Assembly: GCA_035530075.1 (NCBI GenBank) | Contig: DATKVM010000002.1 | Location: 24,818 to 88,817, forward strand | Length of the DNA stretch: 64,000 nt | Direction: 5' to 3' | DNA from: Patescibacteria group bacterium | GTDB taxonomy: Bacteria; Patescibacteriota; Microgenomatia; UM-FILTER-40-11 | Shown here: positions 48,331 through 57,388 of the stretch, piece after piece | Layout: every line of letters starts with the position of its first letter | How positions within the stretch are numbered: position 1 is the stretch's first letter | Program-made: the position numbers and the translations under genes | The notes under the pieces: generated by a model | Databases searched by the model: none | Told to the model about the DNA's origin: nothing | What the model saw: only the letters and a program-made list of their open reading frames with translations

Positions 48331-48573
48331 TTATTTTAATTCTTCTTCTTCCTTCTTAACATCTTCCAGCTCTTCCTCTAAAGCTTTTCGGTATTCGGAA
48401 AGAGCCTGCTTTTGGTCTTCCGTTGTTTGCGGCCAATTCCAGCCGAAATAACGGCCCAATCCTCTTCCGGCACCAAATCTTCTTCTCCAGCCTAAGCCCA
48501 AACCACAAGGCCCAAATCCTCTCCCGGTTCCTGGCCCTTGACCGAGAGGACCAGTTCCATCAAATCCTGACAT
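48331..48573 (-). CDS. Gly-rich small protein with a C-terminal acidic coiled coil, DUF5320-like
   Basis: GFDGTGPLGQGPGTGRGFGPCGLGLGWRRRFGAGRGLGRYFGW followed by EEELEDVKKEEEELK. This class is often paired with DUF134. Confidence 0.55.
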   Translation of the reverse strand: MSGFDGTGPLGQGPGTGRGFGPCGLGLGWRRRFGAGRGLGRYFGWNWPQTTEDQKQALSEYRKALEEELEDVKKEEEELK

Positions 48574-48790
48574 ATTAACCCACCTCCTTTGCTCTCAGTG
48601 TTATGAATATATATTCATTATATCAGGCAACAAAGCTTTGTCAAGCAGTCAATTAAAACTCAAATTATGGCATTATGGAGTGGGCTATCCCCCCCTTTTT
48701 CATCTCTCTTGGTTAATCTTCTGAAGTTAAAAAATATCGATTCCGACTTAAACTATCCCAATTGAAAAGCTTGACATAGTAGGCCAATCA

Positions 48791-48820
48791 TAGCTTACTT
48801 GAAGCTAAAAGACGAGGTTC
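48791..48820. promoter_or_regulatory. 30-nt conserved motif copy 2 (TAGCTTACTTGAAGCTAAAAGACGAGGTTC)
   Basis: It sits about 13 nt upstream of GATATAAT (48831-48838) and the ATG at 48847. That places it over the -35 region of a probably leaderless methyltransferase mRNA. Confidence 0.45.
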
Positions 48821-48846
48821 TCAAGCAAATAAGATATAATTATTTC

Positions 48847-49425
48847 ATGTACACGCTCGATGAATTAAGGAAGGATATTTGCTTTGAAAAAACCTTAAGA
48901 GGCCAAGAGTTTAAATTTTGCAGCACTTGGGGGCTTTTCAGTCCTGAAAGAGTTGACGAGGGAACCGAACTTTTGATAAATCACCTCGATATAAAACCAA
49001 ATGACATATCTCTAGATTTAGGTTGTGGGTATGGGGCTATTGGCTTAACCGTAGCTAAGCTTTCACCTCAAGGAAAGGTTCATTTGGTAGATAAAGATTA
49101 TGTGGCAGTTGAGTATTCAAAGAAAAATGCCCAAGCTAACAAGATTGAAAATTGTGAAATTTACTTAAGTGACGCCTTTGAGAAAGTTCCAGATATTCAA
49201 TTCGATAACATTATTTCTAATTTGCCCGCCAAAGTCAGCAAAGAGCTTTTCTGGATTATCTTCCTAGGGTCAAAAAAGTATTTAAAGCCAGACGGAAAGT
49301 TTTATGTGGTAACTATTTCCGGGCTAAAGGAATTCATTAAAAGAAACTTTAATGAAATTTTTGGCAACTACGAAAAATTAGGGCAAAGTAAAACTTATAC
49401 TGCCGCCGTGGCTATCAACGAGTAA
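48847..49425 (+). CDS. class-I SAM-dependent methyltransferase (small-domain RsmC/RlmG-like). The ATG at 48847 is preferred over the track TTG at 48799.
   Basis: Motif I LDLGCGYGAIGL. Also has an acidic residue in VHLVDKD and an NLPA site in place of NPPF/Y. Confidence 0.7.
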   Translation: MYTLDELRKDICFEKTLRGQEFKFCSTWGLFSPERVDEGTELLINHLDIKPNDISLDLGCGYGAIGLTVAKLSPQGKVHLVDKDYVAVEYSKKNAQANKIENCEIYLSDAFEKVPDIQFDNIISNLPAKVSKELFWIIFLGSKKYLKPDGKFYVVTISGLKEFIKRNFNEIFGNYEKLGQSKTYTAAVAINE

Positions 49426-49747
49426 TCGATTATAGCTTAATAAGAGGCTCACTTTTTTGGAAGAAATCAAGCCCTGGTTTATCCAGAAATTCTAAAATCA
49501 TTTACCTGATTGAGTGAATAAATCCTTCAGCTTCGCTCCACTTCGCTAAGGCAACGACGGCCGTGATTGAGAAACAAAAATCAAGCAATAAGGCTTTAGA
49601 TATTGCAAATTGGATGCTGGGTCCCTTAATTAAAAGTCTAGAACAAAACTAAAACTTTTTGCACCGGAGGCTTATGTTAGGAGCGCAACCAAAAGAAAAA
49701 GCCTCCCTTTCCTTGGGTCAAATAATCCTCGACAATAATCTGAACAA

Positions 49748-50329
49748 CTAATCATTTTTTTTTCGCTTTTTACTCCACTCTTTTATCCTTTCCTGAGGAG
49801 GGATTTTTCTTTTTTTCTGTTCTGTCCTAAATTTGGTTGATTCCATAATCTCTTCTTTCAAAACTTCTAGCGAAGGCAAACCCAAGGCAAATCTTTCTTC
49901 ATCAGTCGTATCAAGACTAACCGGATATTGAATATAACGTTGTTGTTCTTCGTTCCACCTGGATTGAGTTCCATATTTTTGCGGTTCACCAATATGCTTT
50001 AAATAACGGTCCAAGGTGTTGGCGACCATTCTTCCCGATCCAACCACGCCACTCTCAAAAGCTTTTTTGGCGTATTCATGCGCCTGCCAGTAATCTTCAG
50101 GGGTTTCTCCGTGCTGCAAAATTAATGAAAGCTGGTAATAGATCTCCCCATCAGCTTCTTTCAACAAGCCATTAGAAATTAAACCTTGAACTTTCTTTCT
50201 TCTCTCCCAGTCGTGTTGTCGCATTAACTCTTTTGCCTCTTGGTCATTCCAGTCAATATTTATTCTCTCATTCTTATCTTCGTCAAAAAGTCTCTTTAGT
50301 TTTCCTTTTAAAGTAATTCCTGTATCCAT
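49748..50329 (-). CDS. hypothetical protein, paralog of 50355..50924
   Basis: It shares the pattern ...LI.QH....PE...A...A.......G...A...DRY....G..Q.YGTQ with the divergently transcribed neighbour. Confidence 0.5.
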   Translation of the reverse strand: MDTGITLKGKLKRLFDEDKNERINIDWNDQEAKELMRQHDWERRKKVQGLISNGLLKEADGEIYYQLSLILQHGETPEDYWQAHEYAKKAFESGVVGSGRMVANTLDRYLKHIGEPQKYGTQSRWNEEQQRYIQYPVSLDTTDEERFALGLPSLEVLKEEIMESTKFRTEQKKRKIPPQERIKEWSKKRKKND

Positions 50330-50354
50330 ATTATTAGACGTAGTATACTTCGCT

Positions 50355-50924
50355 TTGATGAGGAATGGAATTCTAAAAAGACAAGAAATTGCTCAAGAAC
50401 TGGTTCAAATGGGTTTGGCTGACCAGGAAATGAGAACTAAACATTTTGAGAAAAAAATAGCTGGGTCCTGGGACGAGAATCTAGCTCTAAGAAATGTTCA
50501 AAGATTGAAAGAAATTATCCAAGAAATCGGTTGGCCAACAATCAACAAGGTTGGTTCTGAAGCTTCCTGGGCTGCTTGGTTAATTGTTCAACACGCTGAC
50601 CATGACCCTCAATTCCAAAAAGAATGTTTAAATTTAATCGAAATGGCTTTCCAAAGGAAAGACGTTCACCCCGTCAATCTTGCCTTCTTGACAGATAGAG
50701 TTGCCAAAAATTTTGGTCAAGAACAAACTTACGGAACAAACCGCAAGGCTCTGATTAAAGACCCTGATTATCTTGACGACAGGAGAAGATCAATCGGACT
50801 TCTTCCCTCCAACTTTGAGCAAAAGCTAGCTGAAGGTAAAGCAACGCCAGAAGACATTGAAAGATACCACTCAATAAAAGCTCAACCTAAAATTGGGCCT
50901 TTCTTGATTCTTACCTTCTATTAA
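50355..50924 (+). CDS. hypothetical protein, paralog of 49748..50329
   Basis: WAAWLIVQHADHDPQFQ...AFLTDRVAKNFGQEQTYGTN. It is divergent from the neighbour, with a 25-bp shared upstream region. Confidence 0.5.
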   Translation: MMRNGILKRQEIAQELVQMGLADQEMRTKHFEKKIAGSWDENLALRNVQRLKEIIQEIGWPTINKVGSEASWAAWLIVQHADHDPQFQKECLNLIEMAFQRKDVHPVNLAFLTDRVAKNFGQEQTYGTNRKALIKDPDYLDDRRRSIGLLPSNFEQKLAEGKATPEDIERYHSIKAQPKIGPFLILTFY

Positions 50925-51023
50925 TTCAAGACTTCTCGCGATCTAAAATCAATCCAACAAAATAAGAAATTGATAAAAGAAATCTGACTTCGGCCGAAAG
51001 TACTTCCCCACTCCCACTTGGTC

Positions 51024-51461
51024 TTATCTTCCCCTTGACGTCCTTGGTCCTCCTGACACTCCTCCCGGTCTTTCAGGAGTTGGGGCCGCCCCCGGCCGAC
51101 GCTCCATCGCCTGAACCTCAATATTGTTGGCAACATCTCTAACACCAGGAGTCCAATAAGCGTCAGTGTAAGCCAAAGGACTGGTTCGAGGGTTGCGGAC
51201 TGCTCCCGAAAGGGTGGCGGTCGCGCCGCTAACATGAACGTCAATGTTGTGAGCATCAGACATCGGAATTCCCGGATCAGCGACAATATTATCTTTAACC
51301 AGATCGACTATTTCGTTATCATCTAAAACATAATTATTGTTGTAGTCATACAAGTCCAGGTCGGTCCAGCCCGTCGGCGCTCCCCACCAGAATGGTCCAG
51401 TCGTTCCCCCTCCTGGGCCCATTCCTCCCCAGCCGTATCCTCCATACCCATATGGTGGCAT
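51024..51461 (-). CDS. BON-domain protein with a Gly/Tyr/Trp-rich N-terminus
   Basis: IDVHVSGATATLSGAVRNPRTSPLAYTDAYWTPGVRDVANNIEV is a BON domain. The N-terminus is MPPYGYGGYGWGGMGPGGG. Confidence 0.6.
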   Translation of the reverse strand: MPPYGYGGYGWGGMGPGGGTTGPFWWGAPTGWTDLDLYDYNNNYVLDDNEIVDLVKDNIVADPGIPMSDAHNIDVHVSGATATLSGAVRNPRTSPLAYTDAYWTPGVRDVANNIEVQAMERRPGAAPTPERPGGVSGGPRTSRGR

Positions 51462-51550
51462 ATATTATCACCCCCTTTCTTAAGATAAATTTACCCCGAC
51501 TTATTGAAGTTTAAGTTAAAAGACGGTAATCTTTCGGCAAGAAAGAGGGA

Positions 51551-52411
51551 TTACGGTCTTAGAGCCCGAGAGAGAACTTTCAAGTCGTCATTATTCAGCT
51601 GTCCAAAGGGTTTATCTAAAACTTCGGGGGGGAGATTCATTTTGGCAATGATGGCCCGAGCTTGATTCTGAGTAAGTTGATTGGCTTCGATTAATCCTTC
51701 TTTCAAGACATTCTTGATCAAAGGACTTTTTTGGGCAGTTAAGAATAGGCGACGAAAAAGAAAAAGCCTTCGGTCAGCCCGAAATTCGGGCTCCTTTCTG
51801 GGAAGCAACCGGACAATGGCCGCGTTCGTTCGGGGAACGGGGTAAAATTGCGACTTTTTGACTTCCGCCAGAAGATTAACGTCAAAAAAAGTCTGGGCCA
51901 GTAAAGTTAATTGGCCAAAATAAGGACTTTCCTCACTTTGAGCCGTAATCGCGCCGGCTGACCTATCACCAACCATTAAAGTAATACTACTAAGAGGCAG
52001 ATCAACAATTTTTTGCCAAAATGGCTCTGAAATATGAAACGGCAAACTGGCGACAACTTGGGCTTTTTGATCTGTCTTTGAGATATACCGGTGGAAATCC
52101 ACGGCTAAAGCGTCTCCGAAAACAACCTCAACATTTTGACAATCTTTAGCCACTTGGGCCAAAACGGGCTCAAAGCGCCGATCAATTTCTATCGCAATTA
52201 CTCTCCCTGCTCTGCCGGCCAAAGCTTCTGTCAGTTGCCCCACTCCGGCACCGACCTCAATAACCAGACTCCCCGGAGAAACCGTTCTGGCTAAAGTGGC
52301 AACCGTCTCATCGTCAATCAAAAAGTGCTGCCCCAAGCTTTCCCTCGGCTCAACCCCTAATTCTTCAAGGCGAGCCTTAACTTTTGGTAAAGAAGTACTG
52401 TCCCCGCTCAT
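51551..52411 (-). CDS. ksgA: 16S rRNA (adenine1518/1519-N6)-dimethyltransferase
   Basis: LGQHFLIDD, the SAM motif EVGAGVGQLTEAL and the KsgA C-terminal domain. Confidence 0.9.
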   Translation of the reverse strand: MSGDSTSLPKVKARLEELGVEPRESLGQHFLIDDETVATLARTVSPGSLVIEVGAGVGQLTEALAGRAGRVIAIEIDRRFEPVLAQVAKDCQNVEVVFGDALAVDFHRYISKTDQKAQVVASLPFHISEPFWQKIVDLPLSSITLMVGDRSAGAITAQSEESPYFGQLTLLAQTFFDVNLLAEVKKSQFYPVPRTNAAIVRLLPRKEPEFRADRRLFLFRRLFLTAQKSPLIKNVLKEGLIEANQLTQNQARAIIAKMNLPPEVLDKPFGQLNNDDLKVLSRALRP

Positions 52412-52602
52412 TTTATTACCTATGCTACCCTCTTTTCAGGCGAGCAAAAAGGATGATAAATTATACCACGCCAAAGGTCTCTCCTTTTTAGATGACTAGT
52501 CTTCAAATGCCTCAAAAAAGCTGTCTTTCACAATTCTTGCTCATTTCATATCCATTTAATACGGCGCAAATCTATCCTTCTTCATGCGAAAGGAGGTGAA
52601 TT

Positions 52603-53175
52603 ATGATGGAAGAAAAAGTAAAAATTGCCGATACGGTTTTAGGGGTTTTTCCTGACCACGATAGCGCTGACGGAGCCGTTAAAGACTTGCAGGCGGGCGG
52701 CTTTGAAACAAAGGACATTTCCGTTATTATGCGTGGCCCTAAAGAAGGAGAAATCGTCACCAAAAAACCCAAGACTTCTTTAATTAAGGGAGTGGTTACC
52801 GATGCCGGACAAGGAGCGGGAACGGGAGCAATCATCGGCGGTCTGGCCGGGCTTTTAATTGGTATTGTCGCAATTGCCGTTCCCGGTTTTGGCTTCCTGC
52901 TTTTTGCCGGACCCTTGGCAGAAGCTTTGGGACTCGGTACCGCGGTGGCCACTACCCTGACCGGCGTTCTGGCCGGAGCGGCCGGCGGTGGTTTAATCGG
53001 GGCCTTTACCGGCTTGGGTGTCCCGGGCAAAGAAGCGGCTCAATACGCCGAAAGATTACAGGCGGGAGCGGTTATTATCGGCGTTACCATTAAACCGGAA
53101 CAAGAAACCGAAGTAGCCAATATTATGACTAGAAACGGTGCCGAAGAGGTCAGAACTCTCCCGGTTAAAGGCTAA
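52603..53175 (+). CDS. general stress protein (YflT/GSP17M-like N-terminal domain plus a Gly-zipper membrane segment)
   Basis: ADTVLGVFPDHDSADGAVKDLQAGGFETKDISVIMRG, then a GxxxG-rich hydrophobic stretch. A strong AAGGAGGTGA RBS precedes it. Confidence 0.65.
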   Translation: MMEEKVKIADTVLGVFPDHDSADGAVKDLQAGGFETKDISVIMRGPKEGEIVTKKPKTSLIKGVVTDAGQGAGTGAIIGGLAGLLIGIVAIAVPGFGFLLFAGPLAEALGLGTAVATTLTGVLAGAAGGGLIGAFTGLGVPGKEAAQYAERLQAGAVIIGVTIKPEQETEVANIMTRNGAEEVRTLPVKG

Positions 53176-53212
53176 AAGACTAAAGGCCAGCAAAACTTTC
53201 TTCTTGGCAGAG

Positions 53213-54265
53213 CTAGCTCTTGAGCCAAGAAGGGAGTTTGTGCTTATTTCGAGAGATAATTTCTTCAAACACAATCTGAATTACCACCGTAATTGGGACC
53301 GCCAAAAATACCCCGCCAAAGCCAAAAAGCCGGCCAAAAAACACCACCGATAAAATGACCAGAAGTGGATCCAAACCAATGGTTCCCCCAACGACTAAAG
53401 GGACAATTAAGTGACCTTCAATTTCCTGAATAATTAAATAGGCCAAAGCCACCATCAGGGTCCGCGAAGGAGAAACCGCCAAAGCTAAAAGAACAGCGGG
53501 AGCGGCGGCCAAGAAGGGGCCAAATATCGGCACAAACTCAAAAATCGCCCCCAAAACCGCCAAAGAAGGAGCAAAGGGAATCCCTAAAACCGTTAAGGCA
53601 ATAAAATAAAGAAAGCCGACGACGACTCCTGCCAATACTTCGGCTCTCACCCAACTACCCAATCGGCTCTCAATTCGAGCGAAAATGGTCTTTTCCCAAG
53701 GTTGACCGACCAGAAAAGAGATAAAGCGCTCGTATCTTCCTCTTTCTGCCAAAAGGTAAACAGTAAAAACAATCACCGTAAAAATCAGCAAAAGATTTTG
53801 GAAAAAGCCGACAATGAGGCCGAACAAGCCGCTCGCTAAACCTCTAATCTCTCTTTCAATCAAGCTAACGTTAATAAAATCACCCAGGGTGGTTTGGCTA
53901 ATTTGGTTAATAACGGCGATAAGGCTATCAATAAAGTCTCTGAGCTGGGCCACAATTGGCAAAATTCCGACAAACAAAAAAAGGGCTAAAAACAGAATTA
54001 AACCCAATACTACTAAACCGACGGCCAAAAGATGAGGAATTTTCCGCTTGGTTAACCGCCTAACCAAGGGGCTTAAAGAGGCAAAAAAAATGTAAGAAAC
54101 AAAAAAAAGCAAAATAAGGTCCCTAACAATAAAAATAATAGCCGCAATTGAGATGAGAGCCAAAGTCAGAATAATAGTTTTGGGGGCAATCTCGATTTTC
54201 TTGGTCATCAGTCGGGAAAGTTCAATAACTCTTCCCAAGTTAAAAAACCGACGGTCTAAAATCAA
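53213..54265 (-). CDS. AI-2E (PerM/UPF0118) family transporter
   Basis: 8 TM helices with the family-typical topology. Confidence 0.8.
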   Translation of the reverse strand: MILDRRFFNLGRVIELSRLMTKKIEIAPKTIILTLALISIAAIIFIVRDLILLFFVSYIFFASLSPLVRRLTKRKIPHLLAVGLVVLGLILFLALFLFVGILPIVAQLRDFIDSLIAVINQISQTTLGDFINVSLIEREIRGLASGLFGLIVGFFQNLLLIFTVIVFTVYLLAERGRYERFISFLVGQPWEKTIFARIESRLGSWVRAEVLAGVVVGFLYFIALTVLGIPFAPSLAVLGAIFEFVPIFGPFLAAAPAVLLALAVSPSRTLMVALAYLIIQEIEGHLIVPLVVGGTIGLDPLLVILSVVFFGRLFGFGGVFLAVPITVVIQIVFEEIISRNKHKLPSWLKS

Positions 54266-54543
54266 GCAAATAGTAGCTTACTCTCTTTTTTTCTTAAAAG
54301 AGTGAATCCGGCTTAAAACCATAAAACCAATTATAATTGGCAGCCAAGAATTAAAAAAGGCACGACGGCCAAGTGCTCCAAAATTGCCTCCAGCAAAACC
54401 GGCAAAAGTTCTCTTGAGTAAATCAGAAAACTGATGACTAAAAGCCAAAGCAACCACCTAAGGACCGATAAGAAACCATTATTACCGGGTTATCACCAAA
54501 CCCCCAATGGCCTCTTAAGATAAAACTCTATTTAGATAGAGGT

Positions 54544-56004
54544 ATGTCATTGAGAAATAATGGCGAGGATTGGCTCGAAGGATTAACCAACGGCCTGGGT
54601 TTCGGGGCGCGAATTTTGGGGAGAATCGGACCGGTTCGCAAATCTTTCATTAAAGCCTATGACCAGCATATTCGGTCCACTTACGAAAATTTAGCGCGAG
54701 CCTCCGGTCAACCGACACTCGTAGAACAGCGACGGGATATGGCTTTGGCGATTTTGCACACGATGGACCGGGCTGTCACCCGAGACCTTTTAGGACCGGC
54801 GACGCTTAAAGGCACGCTTAACATTATTGCCAGAGAAATTCTCTTTCCCGAAACTAATCAACAGATTAAAGCGGACTTTATCGCTCGAAACGACTGTCTA
54901 CCCCCGGGTTTACTGGTTATTAGCCCGACTAAAGCCTGCAATTTGCATTGTTCTGGTTGCTATGCCGATTCAAATCAGCGAGGGGAAAAACTGGATTGGT
55001 TAACCTTGCAAAGAATCATTGATGAGGCCAAAAAGCTTTGGGGAACAAACTTTTTTGTCATTAGCGGCGGGGAACCTTTTCTATATCAAGACCAAAAAAA
55101 GGGCATCCTGGACTTAGTCGAACGAAATCAGGACGTTTTTTTCCAGCTATTTACTAATGGGACTTTAATTGATGAAGGTGTGGCCCAAAGGCTGGGAAAG
55201 GCTGGCAATGTTACCCCCGGCATCTCCATTGAAGGACTGAAAGAAACTACCAACCGCCGCCGAGGACCGGGAGTTTTTGACAAAGTCGTTAATACAATGG
55301 ATCTTTTAAATCAGGCCCGTGTGCCTTTCGGCGTTTCCATAACCGCTACTAGGGCTAACTTCGGAGAAATTTTATCCGACCAGACCTTGAACTTCTTTTT
55401 TGAAGAAATGGGGGCTTTATACGGCTGGCTGTTTCAATATATGCCTATCGGCCGCACTCCTGACCTTTCCTTAATGCCTACTCCCAAGCAAAGACTTTTC
55501 TTGTTTCAAAGAATGTGGGAAACGGTGAGAAACAAACAGTATTTTTTAGCTGATTTTTGGAACAGCGGAGTTTTAAGCGACGGTTGCATTGCCGCCGGCG
55601 GCCGAGGCGGTTACCTTCATGTCGATTGGAATGGCAATGTCGCTCCCTGCGTCTTTATGCCCTATTCGCCCATAAATATTAAAAATGCTTTTGCCCAAGG
55701 CAAAAACCTAAATGATATTTGGGCGGAGCCTTTTTTTGCCGCTCTCAGAAAATGGCAGCAGGATTACAACCCCGGGTTCAATTCCCCCCAGCCTCATCCT
55801 AACGGCAATCTTTTAAGGCCTTGCCCCATTCGGGACCATTACCGAGAATTTCGCCAGCTTTTGGACCAGTATCAACCTCAGCCAATTGACGAAAATGCCC
55901 GCCAAGCCCTAGAAGACCCCGATTATCAGAAAGGAATGGAAAAGTTTGACCGAAAATGGGCTTCTCTCGTGGACCCAATTTGGAAAAAAGACTATTCTTC
56001 TTAA
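54544..56004 (+). CDS. radical SAM enzyme with a C-terminal SPASM/twitch-like Cys cluster and an unusually long N-terminal extension of about 125 aa
   Basis: The CNLHCSGCY (Cx3Cx2C) motif sits at about residue 130. A SAM-binding GGEP motif (FVISGGEPFLY) is present. C-terminal Cys residues occur in CIAAGG...VAPCVF...LRPCPIRD. Confidence 0.7.
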   Translation: MSLRNNGEDWLEGLTNGLGFGARILGRIGPVRKSFIKAYDQHIRSTYENLARASGQPTLVEQRRDMALAILHTMDRAVTRDLLGPATLKGTLNIIAREILFPETNQQIKADFIARNDCLPPGLLVISPTKACNLHCSGCYADSNQRGEKLDWLTLQRIIDEAKKLWGTNFFVISGGEPFLYQDQKKGILDLVERNQDVFFQLFTNGTLIDEGVAQRLGKAGNVTPGISIEGLKETTNRRRGPGVFDKVVNTMDLLNQARVPFGVSITATRANFGEILSDQTLNFFFEEMGALYGWLFQYMPIGRTPDLSLMPTPKQRLFLFQRMWETVRNKQYFLADFWNSGVLSDGCIAAGGRGGYLHVDWNGNVAPCVFMPYSPINIKNAFAQGKNLNDIWAEPFFAALRKWQQDYNPGFNSPQPHPNGNLLRPCPIRDHYREFRQLLDQYQPQPIDENARQALEDPDYQKGMEKFDRKWASLVDPIWKKDYSS

Positions 56005-56061
56005 GAACTTCCTCCGACTTTTCCGACTCAAAAATCCGGCAAACTTCACCAACCATTTTCT

Positions 56062-57264
56062 TTATAACCCGTAATCGGCCAAGTCTTCTCGGCCGGAACG
56101 AACTTGGAGCCAAAGGATAATATCCCGCCGGCTAACTAAACCGACTAATTTTTCGTCCTTAACTACCGGCAATTGGTTAACATCTTCCCTCGCCAGGGTT
56201 TTCAGCGCCTCCGTCGCTTTATTCTCCGGAGTAACGGTGATTAGCTTTTCTCTCGGAGTCATAATTTGCTCTACCCTTGCCTTTTGCCATTGATTGCGGG
56301 GGATCTTACGAATATCATCCAAAGTCACTAGTCCCAAAAGCTTCTCGTCGGTCATTACCGGGAAAGCCCTATTCTCACTACCCATAATATGTTCGTTCAC
56401 CAGCTCCTCGACCGAAATATCCGGCCTAACCGCCGGGAATTTCTGGCGCATAATCTCGGCCACCGAGACCTTGCCTAAAACATCTTCCGCTACCACCTGT
56501 TGGTAGCCCTGAACCGCCAAACTACTTAAAAACCAGCCAATAAAAACCAGCCAAAGGCCGCCAATTAAACCGCTGCCAAAAAAAGGGACCTCAATCCCTA
56601 AAGCCATCGCCACCCCGATAGCGATAAACAGCCAGCCAAAAGCTTGACCGGCAAAAGCGGCGTACTGAGTAGCCTTTTTCAAATCATCAGTGACCGCCCA
56701 TAAAATTGAGCGGAGTAATCGACCGCCATCCAGCGGAAAACCCGGGATAAGATTAAAAACACCCAGTAAAATATTTATCGGCCCCAGCCACAAAAGTAAG
56801 GTTGAAAAAGGCCCCAAACGACCTAATGATTCCCCCAAATTAGCGCCGGTAAAGCCTTCCGTCCGCGCTAATCCCACTCCAAGAAGCAAAAAAATCACTC
56901 CCAAGATAATGCTGGTTAAGGGGCCAACAAAGGCTATCAGAAATTCTGTCCCGGGCGAAGGTGGTTCTTCTTCGATATTGGAAACCCCACCAAATAAAAA
57001 GAGAGTGATTTTGTCTACCGGTAAACCGCGACGGCGAGCAACCAAAGAATGAGCCAGCTCATGAGCTAAGACCGAACCAAAAAAAAGGAGTGAGGCCAAA
57101 AGGCCAATGCCCCAATTTAAAATTGCCCCCCACCCGGGGTGGAGGGCGGGAAAAACCCCGAGGGCTAAATTAAAAGTCACCAGCAAAAAAATTAAAAACC
57201 AGCTGGCATCAATATCAACCTCAATGCCGAAAACTCGACCGAGACGAATCCCTCCCCGGAACAT
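56062..57264 (-). CDS. site-2 protease family (M50) metalloprotease with tandem C-terminal CBS domains
   Basis: HELAHSLVARRRG is an HExxH motif in a TM helix. Has an LDG motif, multiple TM helices and two CBS domains. Confidence 0.88.
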   Translation of the reverse strand: MFRGGIRLGRVFGIEVDIDASWFLIFLLVTFNLALGVFPALHPGWGAILNWGIGLLASLLFFGSVLAHELAHSLVARRRGLPVDKITLFLFGGVSNIEEEPPSPGTEFLIAFVGPLTSIILGVIFLLLGVGLARTEGFTGANLGESLGRLGPFSTLLLWLGPINILLGVFNLIPGFPLDGGRLLRSILWAVTDDLKKATQYAAFAGQAFGWLFIAIGVAMALGIEVPFFGSGLIGGLWLVFIGWFLSSLAVQGYQQVVAEDVLGKVSVAEIMRQKFPAVRPDISVEELVNEHIMGSENRAFPVMTDEKLLGLVTLDDIRKIPRNQWQKARVEQIMTPREKLITVTPENKATEALKTLAREDVNQLPVVKDEKLVGLVSRRDIILWLQVRSGREDLADYGL

Positions 57265-57388
57265 ATTCCCCCTTTAAGGTCAGGATAGCCTCTTAATGGA
57301 TTTTTAAGATGAAAGCTAAGTAAGGATTGTGTAAATGGGTCGAAAGAAAACGTCCGGCCCAAGGGAAAAACATCTCCTGCCCGAGAGT

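Noticed and set aside
48799-48846. TTG start for the methyltransferase ORF (MKLKDEVLKQIRYNYF...)
   Set aside because: The N-terminal 16 codons coincide with the duplicated operator-like motif and the -10 box. The ATG at 48847, directly after a TATAAT box, is the more plausible start.
52572-53030. Pro/Ala-rich minus-strand ORF (152 aa) opposite the YflT-like gene
   Set aside because: The plus-strand frame has clear YflT/GSP17M similarity and a strong RBS. The minus-strand frame is low-complexity antisense.
54278-54454. GTG-initiated 59-aa Gly-rich ORF upstream of the AI-2E transporter (MVALAFSHQFSDLLKRTFAGFAGGNFGALGRR...), considered as a possible radical-SAM precursor peptide
   Set aside because: It has a weak RBS and a GTG start, and it lies on the strand opposite to the radical-SAM gene. 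The Cys-free core is unlike typical SPASM substrates. Support is insufficient.
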